From a virus, in IMG/VR virus record IMGVR_UViG_3300003691_000020, positions 1 to 42,089 of that record: a stretch of DNA of 42,089 nt; one strand, 5' to 3'. The position numbers and the translations under genes were made by a program. The notes beneath the pieces were generated by a model that saw nothing but the letters and a program-made list of their open reading frames with translations, ran no database searches and had not been told where the DNA came from. Below, piece by piece: positions 41,446 through 42,089 of the stretch (position 1 is its first letter; each line of letters begins with the position of its first letter).

Positions 41446-42089
41446 TATACCAGAATCACGTGAAGACAAACTTGCTCTTATCTCAGCATTGGAAGAGAAG
41501 AAGAACAGATTTGATGCCGATAGATTGAATAGGCAGTATCTTTCTTTCTATGGTTGGCAACAGAAGTTCTGCTCAAATACCAACGAGTATTTCGAATCAT
41601 GCCTTTGTGCCGCTAACCAGATTGGTAAGACAAGAGTCGGCACAACCATCGACGCAATGCATTTGACTGGCGAGTACCCTGAAGATTACCCAGGCTATAA
41701 GTTTGAATTTCCTCCGACATGCTGGTGTCTTGGTTATTCGATGGAGAAGACACGAGACTTATTGCAGAATGAGTTGTTCGGTGTCTACACACCCGGCATA
41801 GGGTTTGCTGGTGGATTAATCCCTAAAGATAAAATACACAGCCAGGAGTCAGCGCAAGGCACCGTTAATGCAATGCGGACGGTTAGAGTAAAGCACAAAC
41901 TTGGTGTTTCAATAATGCAGTTCTGGTCGTATACCCAGGGGCAACATGCTATTATGGGTGATGTCGTAGACTGGGTACATGTAGACGAGGAGCCAAGAGA
42001 CCAGTCAATACGGCCGCAGCTTTTAACAAGAACTATTAATGGCGATCGTGGAAAAGGCGGCCGTATAATTTACACATTTACCCCTGAGA
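41429..42089 (+). CDS. terL: Terminase large subunit, N-terminal ATPase part (runs off the window end and continues at base 74 after removing the 73-nt overlap)
   Basis: ATG at 41429. Walker A AANQIGKT, Walker B DWVHVDEE. No stop before the window end. In phase with 1..885. Confidence 0.9.
   Translation, partial: MQIAINIPESREDKLALISALEEKKNRFDADRLNRQYLSFYGWQQKFCSNTNEYFESCLCAANQIGKTRVGTTIDAMHLTGEYPEDYPGYKFEFPPTCWCLGYSMEKTRDLLQNELFGVYTPGIGFAGGLIPKDKIHSQESAQGTVNAMRTVRVKHKLGVSIMQFWSYTQGQHAIMGDVVDWVHVDEEPRDQSIRPQLLTRTINGDRGKGGRIIYTFTPE
42017..42089. repeat. Terminal overlap, exact copy of 1..73
   Basis: Identical 73 nt. Confidence 0.95.

Overview
The window is a complete, circularly closed dsDNA phage genome of about 42,016 bp. 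Bases 1..73 are repeated exactly at 42017..42089, and this junction falls inside the large terminase gene. The virion module is clearly P22-like (podovirus). It runs TerS, TerL, portal, scaffold, coat, gp4-like adaptor, gp10-like tail hub, needle-position protein, three large ejection-type proteins, and a tailspike with a P22 gp9-like head-binding N-terminus. I recognised the portal, coat, gp4, gp10 and gp9 N-terminus from remembered P22 sequence motifs. No database search was run. A ParB-like gene, a DUF2292-like mini-ORF and three tRNAs (Pro-UGG, Gln-UUG, His-GUG) are inserted between portal and scaffold. A leftward (minus-strand) operon runs from 25060 down to 19863. It carries a Cro-like HTH, a replication initiator containing 11-bp tandem iterons, a DnaC-like loader, HTH proteins, DUF1064, and finally a fused 3TM holin-like/TIGR02594 cell-wall hydrolase. 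A rightward operon (25229..40836) carries about 45 small early/middle genes, including an ERF + YqaJ recombination pair, YopX, a DEDDh exonuclease, HNH, and many Cys-rich mini-proteins. No integrase, CI-type repressor, CRISPR array, reverse transcriptase or transposase was seen. The items most worth a second look are listed here.
- Three small zinc-ribbon ORFs are each split by one in-frame stop between the two CxxC knuckles.
- Two extreme in-frame microsatellite proteins are present: an (A/Y/S/D) GCT-rich 444-bp tract and a (GGTCAN)31 Gly-Ser-Arg/Trp tract.
- The holin and lysin are fused into a single polypeptide.
- A 490-bp non-coding island is entered by a promoter that shares a 15-mer with a second promoter.
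- Translation-initiation leaders are duplicated, and one copy carries ATT in place of ATG.
- A self-contained promoter-gene-hairpin unit encodes a very acidic protein.
- A perfect 27-bp palindrome lies next to an RHH gene at the probable start of the late operon.
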